Source: Chiloscyllium plagiosum (lineage: Eukaryota). From it: a stretch of DNA of 51,720 nucleotides. Both the position numbers and the translations under genes were made by a program. Shown one piece after another: positions 11,509 to 24,017 of the stretch; the first letter of the stretch is position 1, and each line of letters starts with the position of its first letter. The notes below the pieces were generated by a model, which had not been told where the DNA came from, searched no databases, and saw nothing but the letters and a program-made list of their open reading frames with translations. Where the stretch lies: assembly GCF_004010195.1 (NCBI RefSeq), contig NC_057719.1:13883753-13935472 (forward strand), read 5' to 3'.

Positions 11509-12949
11509 AGAATATGAATTCTGGGGCAAACAAAAAATGCTTCATTTTTAGCACACTCATTTTATATGTGCCCAACGCTGTGACACATAGTATTGTGAAA
11601 ATGCAAAATGCACTCCTGTGGAAGACAACCAATGTTAGCAGTAAGCCATGGGAAGAAACGAGAAGTGGGCATTGTGCAGATTGAGTTGTCATGCTGTAAA
11701 ATGTTTTGGTGGCCTTGAATAATTGACTCTTGTTTTTACCATTTAAACTGACTACACTGCTACCTCAGCCCACAACCTGCCTCATTCATGCTGCTGCAGT
11801 TTCTTTTTTTCCATTTATAAAGAATTTTGAAATTCGCATTCAATCTGCTGTCTTAATTGAATATCTGCAAATGAATGAAGATGAATGGTATTTCTCAAAA
11901 GTTTCAAGCTCAGGTGCTCTCTGTGGAATCCCCCATTTTGTCTAATGTGAATTGCTTTTTCAAAAAGATCTTCGTAAAGAATTAATTTTACAATTTCCGT
12001 TGTGCAATGAATCTGAATGTGCTTAGGCAACTTGAAGAGCATAAATTGATCCAAATGATTGAAAAGAACATAGAGCATAGAACAATACAGCGCAGTACAG
12101 GCCCTTCGGCCCTTGATGTTGTGCCGCCCTGTGAAACCAAAAGCTCCTTGTGCATATAATTATTTTAATTCGTCAAATTTCCCTTTGACTTTATGATCGA
12201 CAGCAGGTTTGCCTTGACTTTGTGAGCAAGTTTTGGTCTTTGGGGAGTCACTGTAATTACTGAAATAAATAGAAGTTGCTATTGTATTTAAAATTGCAGA
12301 AACATGAGTGTTAATTACAGGAGGAAATTACTCAAAGTGACATTACGAAAAGAAAACAATATCACAAAAGCTGGAAGAATGGTTGAAGTTGTCAGTATCT
12401 GTAATATTAATTTGAGGTGCAATTGTCATCTTAATGAAATCTGTTTAATTCCAAGTGTTAAATGGAAATGAATGGCACTTGCCTTGATTGTAATGCTTTG
12501 GAGACAATGTACAAGTTTAGAATTCACCCGAAGCTCATTCACATGCATATAATTAGTATTCATTCCGTATTATAATCTTTGAAATTACCAGTTTGTATTG
12601 TGGCAGAACAAGATAGCATTGCTCATGTCACGAACCTGTGTGTGCAGAGAGGTTCCTGATACTCTCTAGATTATCAGGAACCTCTCCCCAGCCTTGCCAT
12701 CAGCTTAATTGGAAGAATTTACAAACTGATAAACAATCTTTTTGACTGTATTATGACTCATCTTCCATGGCTGTCTAATCCTGAGGTGGGATTTGAACCT
12801 GGAACATTTAAGTCAGAGGTAGCAAAGCTATCACTCCACCACAAGGCATCCTATTTCTAGCTTTTGTGAAATGAAAAAACCTAAAGGTAGAATTAGATAT
12901 GGATTGCTCCGGGAAATAACCAATACTGGCTCAGTAAGCCTTCCCCTGT

Positions 12950-14345
12950 TTTGATTTGATTTGATTTCAATTTCATTGTCACATGTACACAAGGACAGAT
13001 GTACAGTGAAAAGTGTATCATGGCTCAGAGACCCCCATGTCAGGGTCTAGAGGCCCCCACATCAGGGCCCAGAGACCCCCACATCAGGGACCAGAGACCC
13101 CCACATCAGGGCCCAGACACCCCCACATCAGGGCCCAGAGACCCCCACNNNNNNNNNNNNNNNNNNNNNNNNNNNNNNNNNNNNNNNNNNNNNNNNNNNN
13201 NNNNNNNNNNNNNNNNNNNNNNNNNNNNNNNNNNNNNNNNNNNNNNNNNNNCAGGGCCAAGAGACCCCCACATCAGGACCGAGAGACCCTCCCCATCAGG
13301 GCCCAGAGACCCCTACATCAGGGCCCAGAGACCCGCACGCCAGGGCCAAGAGACCCCCGCACCAGGACCGAGAGACCCCCCATCAGGGCCCAGAGATCCT
13401 CACATCAGGGTCCAAAGACCCCCACATCAGGGCCCAGTGACCCCTAACTCAGGGCCAAGAGACCCCCACATCAGGACCGAGAGAGCCCCACGTCAGGGCC
13501 CAGAGTGCTACATCAGGGCCAAACGACCCCCCATCAGGGCCGATAGACGCCCACGTCAAGGCCGAGAGGCCCCCTCATCAGGGTCGAGAGACCCCCACAT
13601 CAGGGCCAAGAGACCCCCACATCAGGGCCAAGAGAACACCATGTCAGGGCTGAGAGACCCCACGTCAGGGCTGAGAGACCACCATGTCAGGGCTGAGAGG
13701 CCCTCACATCTGGGCCAAGAGACCACCATGTCAGAGTCGAGAGACCCCTTGATCAGGGCCAAGAGACCATCATATCAGGGCTGAGAGAACCCCACAGTGA
13801 GCTGAGAGACCCCCATGTTAAGGCCAAGAGATTCTGCCCGGGGCTAACAGACCCCCACATTGGACTGAGAGACCACACGCAGGGCTAACAGACCCCCACA
13901 TTGAGCTGAGAGAACTCCATGTTAGGGCCAAGAGACCCCACGCTGGGCTAAGAGACCCCATGTAGTGCTGAGAGATCCCCACACATGGCTGAGAGACCCG
14001 CTCGCTGGGCTGAGAGACCACCACACTGACTGAAAGACCCCCATGCTGGGCGGAGAGCCCCGCACACTGGGCTGAAAGTCCTCCTCGCCAGTCTTGGAGG
14101 CCTCCACACCAGACTGGGAAGCCACGGTGCCAAGCCCAAGGCTGCCATGCCAACCCCAGGAGGCCATCACGCCAAGGTGGGAGCTTGCCTTGGTAGGTCT
14201 CTGCTGAGTCTGAGGCCAGGAATCCATGGCCAGGAAAAGAAAGAAGAAGGAATAAAAGAAACATAAAAGAGAGGAAGAAATGAAAAGGAACCAAACGGAG
14301 CAGGCAAGTTCCATTTGAAATGTCCTACTCTGCAGCCAATTTGGA
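12950..14345 (-). mobile_element. Composite non-autonomous retroposon: head, GC-rich VNTR, Rex1/Babar-like tail
   Basis: Minus-strand 3' end CACTTTTCACTGTACATC..GTACATGTGACAATGAAATTGAAATCAAATCAAATC resembles the LINE tail at 1240-1272 and directly abuts the VNTR. No TSD found. Confidence 0.5.
13024..14090. repeat. ~22-bp minisatellite, consensus CATCAGGGCCCAGAGACCCCCA
   Basis: Visible tandem array that degenerates rightwards; contains an N gap at 13149-13251. Confidence 0.95.
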
Positions 14346-14409
14346 TGAGTGCACTTGCATGGTCAATTCCAAATCATCACTTGTCTAGAATGAAAACTTT
14401 TCATTTGGA

Positions 14410-14757
14410 CATAAGAACATAAGAATTAGGAGCAGGAATAGGCCATCTGACTTACTGGCCTGCATGGCTGATGTTTTCACAGCCTCAGCTCCATTTACCA
14501 GCCCCGCTCACCATAACCCTTAATTCCTTTACTGTTCAAAAAATTATCTACCTTAGCTTTAAAAACATCCAATATTTTGAGGACACCTCAACTGCATCAC
14601 TGGGCCGTGAATTCTATAGGTTCACAACCCTCTGGATGAAGAAGTTCCTCCTCAATTCAGTCCTAAATCCCCTTATTTTGAAGCCCAGCCCTTTTCCAGT
14701 TTCACCCACCAGTGAAGACAACCTCCCTGCTTTTATCTTATTTATTCCCTTCATAAT
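14410..14757 (-). mobile_element. CR1 LINE 3' fragment
   Basis: (CATAAGAA)n tail followed by reverse-complement CR1 UTR/ORF end. Confidence 0.7.
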
Positions 14758-14875
14758 CCGAGGAATAAAAACCCAAGCACTCCATCCATTTGGGTACTAA
14801 TTGCAAAATTGCTCAGGCTCAACTATCATTCAGCACAGAAATGCAAATATCCAATGCATTTGTGAAGTTATGTGG

Positions 14876-15184
14876 TTAGATTACATTACTTACAGTGTGG
14901 AAACAGGCCCTTCAGCCCAACAAGTCCACACCGACCCGCCGAAGAGCAAACCATTCCCCTACATTTACCCCTTCACCTAACATTATGGGCAATTTAGCAT
15001 GGCCAATTCACATAACCTGCACATGTTTAGACTGTGGGAGGAAACCGGAGCACCCGGAGGAAACCCACGCAGACACGGAAAGAATGTGCAAACTCCACAC
15101 AGTCAGTTGCCTGAGGTGGGAACTGAATCCAGGTCTCTGGCGTTGTGAGGCAGCAGTGCTAACCACTGTGCCACCATGCCGTCC
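14876..15184 (-). mobile_element. Full-length HE1-like SINE
   Basis: Head, body and tail all present. Confidence 0.9.
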
Positions 15185-15705
15185 ACCAAGCCTGGCGACG
15201 AGGACTTTCAGCCCAGCGTATGGGGCTCTCCGCCCAGCATGGGGGTCTTTCAGCCCTGACATGGAGTTCTCTTAGCTCAATGTGGGGGTCTGTTAGCCCT
15301 GGGCAGAATCTCTCGGCCTTAACATAGGGGTATCTGCTTCCAAAAATTGGAGCATTCAAATTTTCAGCTCTTAATGTCAAGCAAACTGCTCTGAAGAAAA
15401 TTCATCTGAAATTTTAATTTAGGATATTATAGACTGGACATTTTTGTATGTCTTGGAGATTTTGGAAATAACAATTTTAAAGCAAAAGAGACCAGTTGCA
15501 GCAGGAAAAAGACGTTGCATTTGTGAAGAAGGCAATGAAGTGTCATTGAGCTGCCAATACTTTCAAGGGCAGAAGTTCCAACACAGTTTGTAGATGTAGC
15601 GAAGCTTTTTATCTGAACATCGTCAGTCTGAGGTAACTTACTTCAAGAACTTTGCTTTGTTTCTCTTTCTTGTTTTAGAAACACCCCTCATCAAAGTTGG
15701 CTCGA

Positions 15706-16270
15706 GTCATGGACTCATAGAGATGTACAGCACATAAATAGACGTTTCGGTCCAACTCATCCGTGCCAACCAGGCATCCTAAATTAATTTAGTCCCATTT
15801 GCCAGTACTTGGCCCATATCCCTCCAAACCCTTCCTATTTATGTTCCCATCCAAATATTGCAATTGTACCTCCACAGCCTCCTCCACTTCGTCTGGCAGC
15901 TCATTCCATACACACACCACCCTCTGTGTGAAAAGGTTTCCCCTTAGGTCCCTTTTAAATCTTGCCCCTCTCACCCTAAACCTATGCTCTCTAGTTTTGG
16001 GCTCCCCCAACCCAGGGAAAGCAATTTGTCTATTTACCCTATACATGACCCTCATGATTTTATAAACCTCTGTAAGGTCACCCCTCAGCCTCTGACACTC
16101 CAGCTCCATCCTATTCAGCCTCTCCCTGTGGCTCACACCCTGGCAACATCCTTGTAAATCTTTTCTAAACCCTGACAATTTTCACAGCATCCTTCTTATA
16201 GGAGGGAGAGTTGCACACAATATTCCAAAAGTGGCCTAACCAATATCCTGTACAGCTGCAACATGACTTC
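15706..16270 (-). mobile_element. CR1/HER1-like LINE 3' end
   Basis: ORF 15789-16178: LRGDLTEVYKIM..FTQRVVCVWNELP. Confidence 0.9.
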
Positions 16271-16521
16271 ATTGGACCTCAATGAAACTCATTGGAAGAT
16301 CTCATCACCTCAAGGAGAATGGTGCTAAAGATGTTTTAATCGCTACAATCTGAGAGTTCTTAAGAGAGAATTCCAAATTTAGTCTCACCCATTGTCTCCA
16401 GATTAAAATAATTCAGCCAGCCATAAATGATCCAGCAAATTCAGTTCTTGATCATAATGTGGGAAAATCTGTGAATAATACATTTTTTCTGAACTTAACT
16501 GTTCCTTAACCAAAATAGCAC

Positions 16522-16737
16522 CCAGTCAGAAGTCACACAACACCAGGTTATGCCCAACAGGTGTATTTGAAATCACAAGGTTTCAGAGCACTGCTCCTTT
16601 GTCAGGTGAAATGAAGCACTACTTTGTCTGATGAAGGGGCAGCACTCTGAAAGCTTGTGATTTCAAATAAACCTGTTGGACTATGACCTGGTGTTGTGTG
16701 ACTTCCGACTCTGTCCACCCCAGTCCAACACCTACAT
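16522..16737 (+). mobile_element. Fold-back PLE derivative, family A variant
   Basis: Inverted arms; decayed HHR CTGATGAAGGGGCAGCACTCTGAAAGCTTGTG; TSD CAAAATA(G/A)CAC at 16511 and 16738. Confidence 0.75.
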
Positions 16738-17144
16738 CAAAATAACACACAGCGGGATTTTTTTCCTTAGTCTTGGAAGTTGTGCATGTGCTAATTTTTA
16801 AGTAGTTGTATATATTTGTGTTGTTTACAACTTTTGTTATTAATCTTTGCACCTATACCTGAGTAAATTTTGTTAGCAGTCAAATTTTTTAAAATTGTTT
16901 TAAGGAACCTAGTTGATTTGCTTATGACATTGAGTTATATATAGTCTAATATGCATGTGTGTATATTAACAATTTTCAGTATCACCTCCCTTTTTAAATT
17001 CAAACTTTATTGTGACCAGTGGAATAGAACAATGAGAGGCAACAATTCACTCTATCATAACAAGGAGGAAATAATAGATCACATGATTATTGGTCAATTG
17101 AAGACATGCCCTGATTGGATGAAGTGATTGTCCAGTCGGACGTT

Positions 17145-17325
17145 GGCTTTTGGAAGAGATTTATCAGGATGTTGCCAGGAATGAAGGATTTGAGTTATAA
17201 GGAGATGTTGAATAGGCTGGGACTTTTTTCACTGGAGAATAGGAGGTTGTGAGGTGACCTTATAGAGGTTTATAAAATAATGAGGGTTCTACATTCTATG
17301 TTCTATTATAGATAAGGTGAACAAT
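17145..17325 (+). mobile_element. CR1 fragment
   Basis: RRFIRMLPG..GDLIEVYKIM coding remnant. Confidence 0.75.
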
Positions 17326-18289
17326 CCAAGAGTATAGTCGATGTTTCAGGATTGTTTATAAGCAATATAGCACCAGCTTCATATCGCACTGCTTCTATCA
17401 GGCGTTCCTTTGATGATTATGTAAGCATAAAAATTGTTTCTGCTAATGGTTTTGTGAGTAATCCAAATAGCACCAGAAGGAGTAGCGAGCCTAATGCTCT
17501 GTTAATAGAGCGAATGATAAACTCTGATTCCTGCTAATACAATAATGGAGAGGAGAGAGTGTGCAGCTGCCTGACTAATTTATTTAATACAGAGTGAATA
17601 GAGTTAGTTCATCCCTCTATAAGATATTGAACAAGAGGTAAGCTATGAACGTGAAAAGGGAGTAAAATCAAGCAATGTTAAGCACTGCAGCAGCTGTTTC
17701 AAAGAGCACAGCACTGATGTTTGCAAAGAATAAATAACCATTCCTATTCCATCATATTGAATCAACCCATAATCTTCGCTCAGGTTTTTCTGAGGTTCAA
17801 ATGGCCACCATGCTCAATCATGCAGCTGCATTTCGGCCTAAGTTTGCTGAGTTTAGGTAAAATAATGATGAGCATCAATTTTGTGCAATGATCTACCATT
17901 TAAAAGCAGCACATACTCTTGAAGGGGGAGCTGCAAGCAATTGTCCCTGAAGATTGTGGACAATGGCAAGGGCAAGAGAAACTGCAAGCCCTCCCTAGTA
18001 TTTGCTTCCTGCCATCCACCCTCTCATCCCAGCGTTTCCCAATACTGATTTGGAGTTTTTGTGGAGGAGATTGCTCAGAGGAATAACATTATCCATCTAC
18101 CAAATGGTAGGAAGACATGGGGGCTTGTTAACCAGCAAGAGTAGGCTATCAGTTTTAGAAATGAGGCTCATTTCTTTAAGAAACAAATTTAAGAACAGCT
18201 CTGGAACTGACCCAGAGCAGTGATGCTCAGTGGTCTTCATACTTAAAAGCTGAATTCCTTGCACAGTAGGAAGTTGGCTTTTGGAGAGG

Positions 18290-18764
18290 TTTTGGAAGAG
18301 ATTTACCAGGAAATGGAGGGTTTGAGTTATAAGAAGAGGCTGGATAGGCTGGGACTTATTTCACTGGAGCTTAGGAGGTTGAGAGGTGACCTAATAGAGG
18401 TTTATAAAATCACGAGGGGTGGAGATAAGGTGAACGGCAGGTGTTATTTTTCCCTAAAGTGGGAGATTTCAAGTCGAGGGGATATATTTTTAAGGTGAGA
18501 GGAGAGTCAAATTTTGAAAGACATTAAGGGGCAATTCTTTTATACAGAGAGTGGTTCATGTGTGGAATGAACTTCCAGAGGAAATAATGGTTGTGGGTAC
18601 GGTTACAACATTCAAAGGACATTTAGATAAGAACATGAATAAGAAATGTTTGGAGGGATATGGGCCAAGTGCAGGCAAGTGGGATAAGTATAGTTTGGGA
18701 TTATGGTCAGCATGGATTGGTTGGGCCTAAGGGTCTGTTTCCATGTTGTATGAGTCTATGATTC
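18290..18764 (+). mobile_element. CR1 LINE 3' end
   Basis: LSYKKRLDRLGLISLELRRLRGDLIEVYK followed by UTR and tail. Confidence 0.85.
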
Positions 18765-19148
18765 CAGATGTAGGTTTGCTCGCTGAGCTGGGAGGTTCAT
18801 GTTCAGATGTTTCGTCACCATACTAGGTAACATCTTCAGTGAGCCTCAGGACGAAGCATTGCTGATGATTCCTGCTTTCTATTTATATGTTTGGGTTTTT
18901 TGGGTCGGTGATGTCATTTCCTGTGGTGACACCAATTCCTATAGTGATGCCATTTCCTGTTCAGGTAAATCGAGTCCAAGTCAATGTGTTTGTTGACAGA
19001 GTTCCAGTTGGAGACTCCGTCCAGAGGCTCACTGAAGATGTTACCTAGTATGGTGATGAAACATCTGAACATGAACCTTCCAGCTCAGTGAGCAAACCTA
19101 CACCCAGAACCTCAACCTGAGCTACAAATCTTCTCAAAACTCTCTAAC
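18765..19148 (+). mobile_element. Fold-back PLE derivative, family C
   Basis: 18767-18848 is inverted relative to 19024-19103; HHR core in both arms; inserted in the (CTATGATT)n LINE tail. Confidence 0.75.
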
Positions 19149-19984
19149 TCTATGATTCTATGACAGAGAAAGGATCCAGATGGGCACAATGGAAACTGTA
19201 GTTTGTGGTAGATTTAGAATAAAACCCTTGTACATCTCTGAAAATCTTTTGCAGGGATATTAATCTCTTAATTATGAGTAACAGGCACAGGGTATGTCAT
19301 TGTCTGAAGTATCAGTTCAGCATAAGGTTGCAATGCAGGATAACTAAAGTAAATGTTCTTGTCCATGTCTCTCCTTTCCGATGTGAGGCCGTTGCTGCCA
19401 CACTCATAGCCCTTCCCTCGCGGAGTACCACTACTCTCCTCCAATCACTGCAGCATACTGCACTCCTCCTTCTGCTGCTGTTACAGCCCTCTGCACCTCT
19501 CATTCACTTCACTGTTCCTTCCTTCACCTCCTCATACATCTGCCATCTTTCAGAAACCAGCAGCACTGCTCCACGTTGCCAAAGTTCCTCACTTTTAGCA
19601 CAAATAAAAAACTTCCTTCTCTCTTAACTTATATGAAGTCATGCCTCATGTGTCGAATTGTACGCCAGAACCAGCCAAGTAGTAGGCAGGAATATTTTTG
19701 TTCCAGGGAGTGATGATTTTGTTGACTTATGGCTTGACCTGGGAAACTCCTTCACCCTCCGACATCTTGCTTCAATAACTCCTGCAAGCGCTGCTAAACA
19801 CACAAAAGTAAATTAGCAAATGTGATGAGCCCTGAGTTTTTTCTCATTGACTCGGCATTAGGTTTTTTAAATTATTATTACTGCTTTCCTGAGATTTCAC
19901 CGCAGTTTTCATGTCCCTGTTTTGTAGTTTCAAACTTCCTGGTTAGACTCTTTTAATTTTTTCCCCTCTTGAATCAAGGCTGCT

Positions 19985-20287
19985 GACATGGTGGCACAGT
20001 GGTTAGCAATGCTGCCTCCCAGTGCCAGGGACTCGGGTTCGATTCCAACTATGGGTGACCGTCTGTGTGGAGTTTATACATGCTCCCCATGTCTGTGTGG
20101 GTTTCCTCCCACAATCCAAAGATGTGCAGGTCAGGTGAATTAGCCATGCTAAATTGCCCATAGAGTTAGGTTCATTAGTCATGGCTAAATGTAGGGGAAT
20201 GGGTCTGGGTGGGTTATGCTTCGGAGGGTCGGTGTGGACTTGTTGGGCTGAAGGGCCTGTTTCCGCACTGTAGGGAATCTAATCTAT
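19985..20287 (+). mobile_element. Full-length HE1-like SINE
   Basis: A and B boxes, body and tail. Confidence 0.9.
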
Positions 20288-20339
20288 GCTATCCAGTTTT
20301 GGACTCTTCTACCCTGGGGAAAAGAACTTGACTATTCAC

Positions 20340-20830
20340 AGTTAAAAATCACAGCTCCTTGGATGCTGCCTGACCTGCTGCGCTTTTCCAGCAACACATT
20401 TTCAACACCAGGTTATAGTCCAACAAGTTTAATTGGAAGCACACTAGCTTTCAGAGCACTGCTCCTTTATCAGGTGGTTGCGCGGTGCTCCGAAAGCTAG
20501 TGTGCATCCAGTTAAACCTGTTGGACTATAACCTGGTGTTGAAAATGTGTTGCTGGAAAAGCGCAGCAGGTCAAGCAGCATCCAAGGAGCAGGAGAATCG
20601 ACGTTTCGGGCATGAGCCCTTCTTCAGGAATCTGATTCCTGAAGAAGGGTTCATGCCCGAAATGTCGATTCTCCTGCTCCTTGGATGCTGCCTGACCTGC
20701 TGCGCTTTTCCAGCAACACATTTTCAGCTCTGATCTCCAGCATCTGCAGGCCTCACTTTCTCCTATAACCTGGTGTTGTGTGATTTTTAACTTTGTACAC
20801 CCCAGTCCAACACCGGCATCTCCAAATCTC
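20340..20830 (+). mobile_element. Family A fold-back PLE containing a nested family B fold-back PLE (20541-20763)
   Basis: Outer TSD GACTATTCAC (20330-20339 / 20831-20840); inner TSD TATAACCTGGTGTT (20527-20540 / 20764-20777). Confidence 0.85.
20596..20631 (-). ncRNA. Minimal hammerhead ribozyme motif (family B)
   Basis: Minus strand ATTC-CTGAAGA-A-GGGC-tcat-GCCC-GAAA-CG-TC-GATT: GUC triplet, palindromic ACGT helix III, weak stem I. Mirror copy at 20635-20670 (+). Confidence 0.7.
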
Positions 20831-21175
20831 GACTATTCACTCTAATCATGCCCCTCGTGATATAATAAACCTCTATAGGGTCACCCCTCAGGCTCCAACC
20901 CTCCAGGGAAAATAACCCCAGCCAATCAGACTCTCTCTATAGCTCAAACCCTCCAACTCCGGCAACATCCTTGTAAATCTATTCTGAGCCCTTTCAAGTT
21001 CCATAACATCTTCCCAATAGCAACTCCTATACACAATGCACTGACCAATAGAGACAAGGGTACAAAATGTGTTCTTCACTATCCCATCTACCTTCGATTC
21101 CATTTTTAAGGAATTATGAAGCTGTCCTCCAAGATCTTTTTGTTCAACAACCCTCCCCAGGACCTTACCATTACC
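20831..21175 (-). mobile_element. CR1 fragment, continuing from 20290-20339
   Basis: ORF 20888-21103: DVMELERAQNRFTRMLPELEGLSYRE. Confidence 0.8.
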
Positions 21176-21960
21176 AATACGAGGTTATTCACTTTGGAAG
21201 CAAAAACAAGAAGGCAGTTTACTACCTGAATGGCAGTAAATTGGGAGAAGGGAGTGTGCAGTGGGACCTGGGTGTCCTTGTGCACCAGTCACTGAAGGTG
21301 AGCATGCAGGTGCACCAGGCAGTAAAGAAGGCAAACGGTATGTTGGCCTTCATTGAGAGAGGTTTCGAGTACAGGTGCAGGGATGTGTTGTTGCAGATAT
21401 ACTGGGCCTTGGTGAGGCCACACCTAGAATATAGTGTGCAGTTTTGGTCTCCTTTTCGGAGGAAGGATGCTCTTGCTCTTGAGGGAGTGCAGCGAGGGTT
21501 TCCCAGGCTGATTCCAGGGATGTTGGGGCTGACATATGAGGAGAGATTGACTGGGTTAGGATTGTTTTCACTGGAGTTCAGACAAGTGAGGGAGAGATCT
21601 CATAGAGACCTATAACATTCAAACAGGATTAGACTGGGGAGATGCAGGGAGGATGTTCCCAATAGTGGGTATGTCCAGAACCAGGGGTCACAGTTTGAGG
21701 CTTCGGGGTTGACCATTTAGGACGGAGATGAGGAAACATTTCTTCATCCAGAGCCTGTGGAATTAATTACCACAGGAAGTAGTTGATGCCAAAATATTGA
21801 ATATAATCAAGAGGCAGCTGGATAAAACACTCAAGGTTATTGGGAGAGAGCAGGATGATTGAGTTGAATGATCAGCCATGATCATAATGAACAGCACAGC
21901 AGGCTCAAAGGGCTGAATGGCCACCTTTTGTTCCTATCTTCTATGATTCTATGTTTCTAT
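21176..21960 (+). mobile_element. CR1 LINE 3' portion
   Basis: [41 protein letters not shown]; (TCTATGAT)n tail. Confidence 0.9.
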
Positions 21961-22965
21961 TCAGTACATAAGTCCTGCTGTGATTTGCTCTACCAAAATG
22001 TAGTACCTCACATTTTTGCTTTTAAATGCTGCAAAAATAAAAATGTACTTTTTAAATTTTGTAACTTCCAGGAAGGACTGCGACGGTCAAGAATCACATG
22101 TCCCTTAATCACTTGACGGAGTTAAAGAAATAGGCATTAGGTTAAGATGAATTAAATCATGCATCACAAGTAGTCATCATTATTTATTCAAAGGCAATTT
22201 GGGACTTCTTACTAATTAGTATTAAGAATTAAGTTTATGAAGGGAACAATTATCATAAAACAAGGAATACACATAATAAACCATTAAGCATAATGAGTAG
22301 TGATAGTTGTCTATGTCGTTGTGCATGCATTTATAATTGCAATGAAGAAAATGTACAGTGGAAATTGTGTATAGTGTGAGCTGGTGTTGAAGAATGTTTA
22401 GAAATGTGGATTACACATGGCATGCAATGTAAATGGTTTGTATCTTATAAACATGGATCATATGTGGTATGCCATATAATGGGATATGTGTATGTCTGGA
22501 TTATGGTAAGAGTAGATATTTGTAAGAAAAGAACATGTTAGCAATTAGAACGCAATAAGACCAATTCCTTGAATCTTCTCCTTTCCAACAAGGCTTTACA
22601 TTAGTGCAGAAGCAGGGAGAGTCACCCCAGTATATGTTGAGAATGAGGAAAGCTCTTGTGGTGCAGTGGTCGTATCTCCACCTCTGAGCTAGAAGTCCCA
22701 GGTTCGCATTCCACCTGCCCCAGAGGTGTTACTAACTTCTCTGAATAAGCTGAGTGGAACTGTCTACATGGGAATGCAATCTGAATGGAGATTATACTCA
22801 TGTGCTGCATTACAATAGGAGATACACTATGTGTTGAGATGGATCCAATATTCACTCCCCTTGAGTCACAATCTCAGAGAGAAGTCAAATTCGTCATGGC
22901 ACTTCTTGTGGGTCAAGAAACATGGTAAATATTGAAAGAAATGTGCAGCAGCTTACTTTTAGTGA

Positions 22966-23062
22966 TGATTTGGAGATGCCAGTGTTGGACTGGGGTGTAC
23001 AAAGTTAAAAATCACACACATCAGGTTATAGTCCAAGCGCCGCTCCTTCATCAGGTGTTCTG
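22966..23062 (-). mobile_element. Internally deleted family A PLE
   Basis: 12-bp TSD TACTTTTAGTGA at 22954-22965 and 23063-23074. Confidence 0.75.
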
Positions 23063-24017
23063 TACTTTTAGTGAGCTAATGTGGACAACTGGGCATTCAC
23101 GTTACTGCACTTTGGGTTCACTTTGACCTAGTGATCTGGAACTGAAACCCCAGCAAATTGGCAAGAAAACTTAGGCTTGCAACCAACTCATATTGAATAA
23201 ACAAGTTAAATAAAGGAGGTTATCACTTGGAGATGAAGAAGAGAATCTGCTATTAGAGTACGTGTGGCTTTGAGTGAACCAATACAGAAAGGTCATTAAA
23301 TTCAGAGAAATTGTAAAATCACTCGGATGATGTCATGCTTATAATTTATACTTATGAGGTGAGGCAACAGATAGTCACTGGAGCAAAGACGGCTAAGTGG
23401 TTTTTAATAGAGGTTTAATGGAGGATTTTGAAATTCAGATAGCTACGGTAACGAAGATGGAAAACTATTTCTTTTGGTTGGCGAATCAATGCTGACACAT
23501 CTTCAATTTCAACAAGTCACTTCAAGAGTGAAGAAGGAGATTTTTGGAGCATGAATTACTTAACGCTGGGTGAGGCAGAGACATTGAATCTTTTCAGGGA
23601 AAATGCAGATTGGTTAATGTGTTCTTGCTAAATTCCATCTGGGATCAACAGAGCGATGCTGGTATGTCATTGAGTACAGTTTTATATTCAAATGTCATAT
23701 CCCACAATGCATATTCTTCTTCAATGCGACAGAATCAGACAAGAAGTGAGATGAAAACAAATAAAGGGAGAAAGATTTTCTTTATAGATTTTGTGAGATC
23801 TCCCTATTGAGTGTCGATTGATCTGTCTGCATCATCCAGCAGCACAATCCAAGAGTTCATTCTGTGCAACTCACTTCACTCCGGGACAATGACAACAAAA
23901 TGGATTTTGTAGCATTCATTGAACAGATGCTCTAAAGTTCCTTTTCAAAACTTCATTCATCAGTTGCTAGACTGGCATTGATTGCCTCTAATTGCCCACA
24001 GGGTTGTTAAGTCAACT

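Noticed and set aside
12321..12390. Possible exon (ttacag|..RKLLKVTLRKENNITKAGRMVEV|gtcagt)
   Set aside because: Weak splice signals, no recognisable homology and no partner exons.
12999..13784. Collagen- or proline-rich ORF (GPRDP repeats)
   Set aside because: Translation of a 22-bp VNTR that spans an N gap; no sustained Gly-X-Y register or splice structure.
17350..17420. Possible 71-bp exon (tttcag|..LFISNIAPASYRTASIRRSFDDY|gtaagc)
   Set aside because: Poor polypyrimidine tract and an unrecognised peptide; cannot be supported without RNA data.
20831..21960. Twin-priming inversion of a single CR1
   Set aside because: The two opposite-strand fragments overlap in ORF position, look like different subfamilies, and share no TSD.
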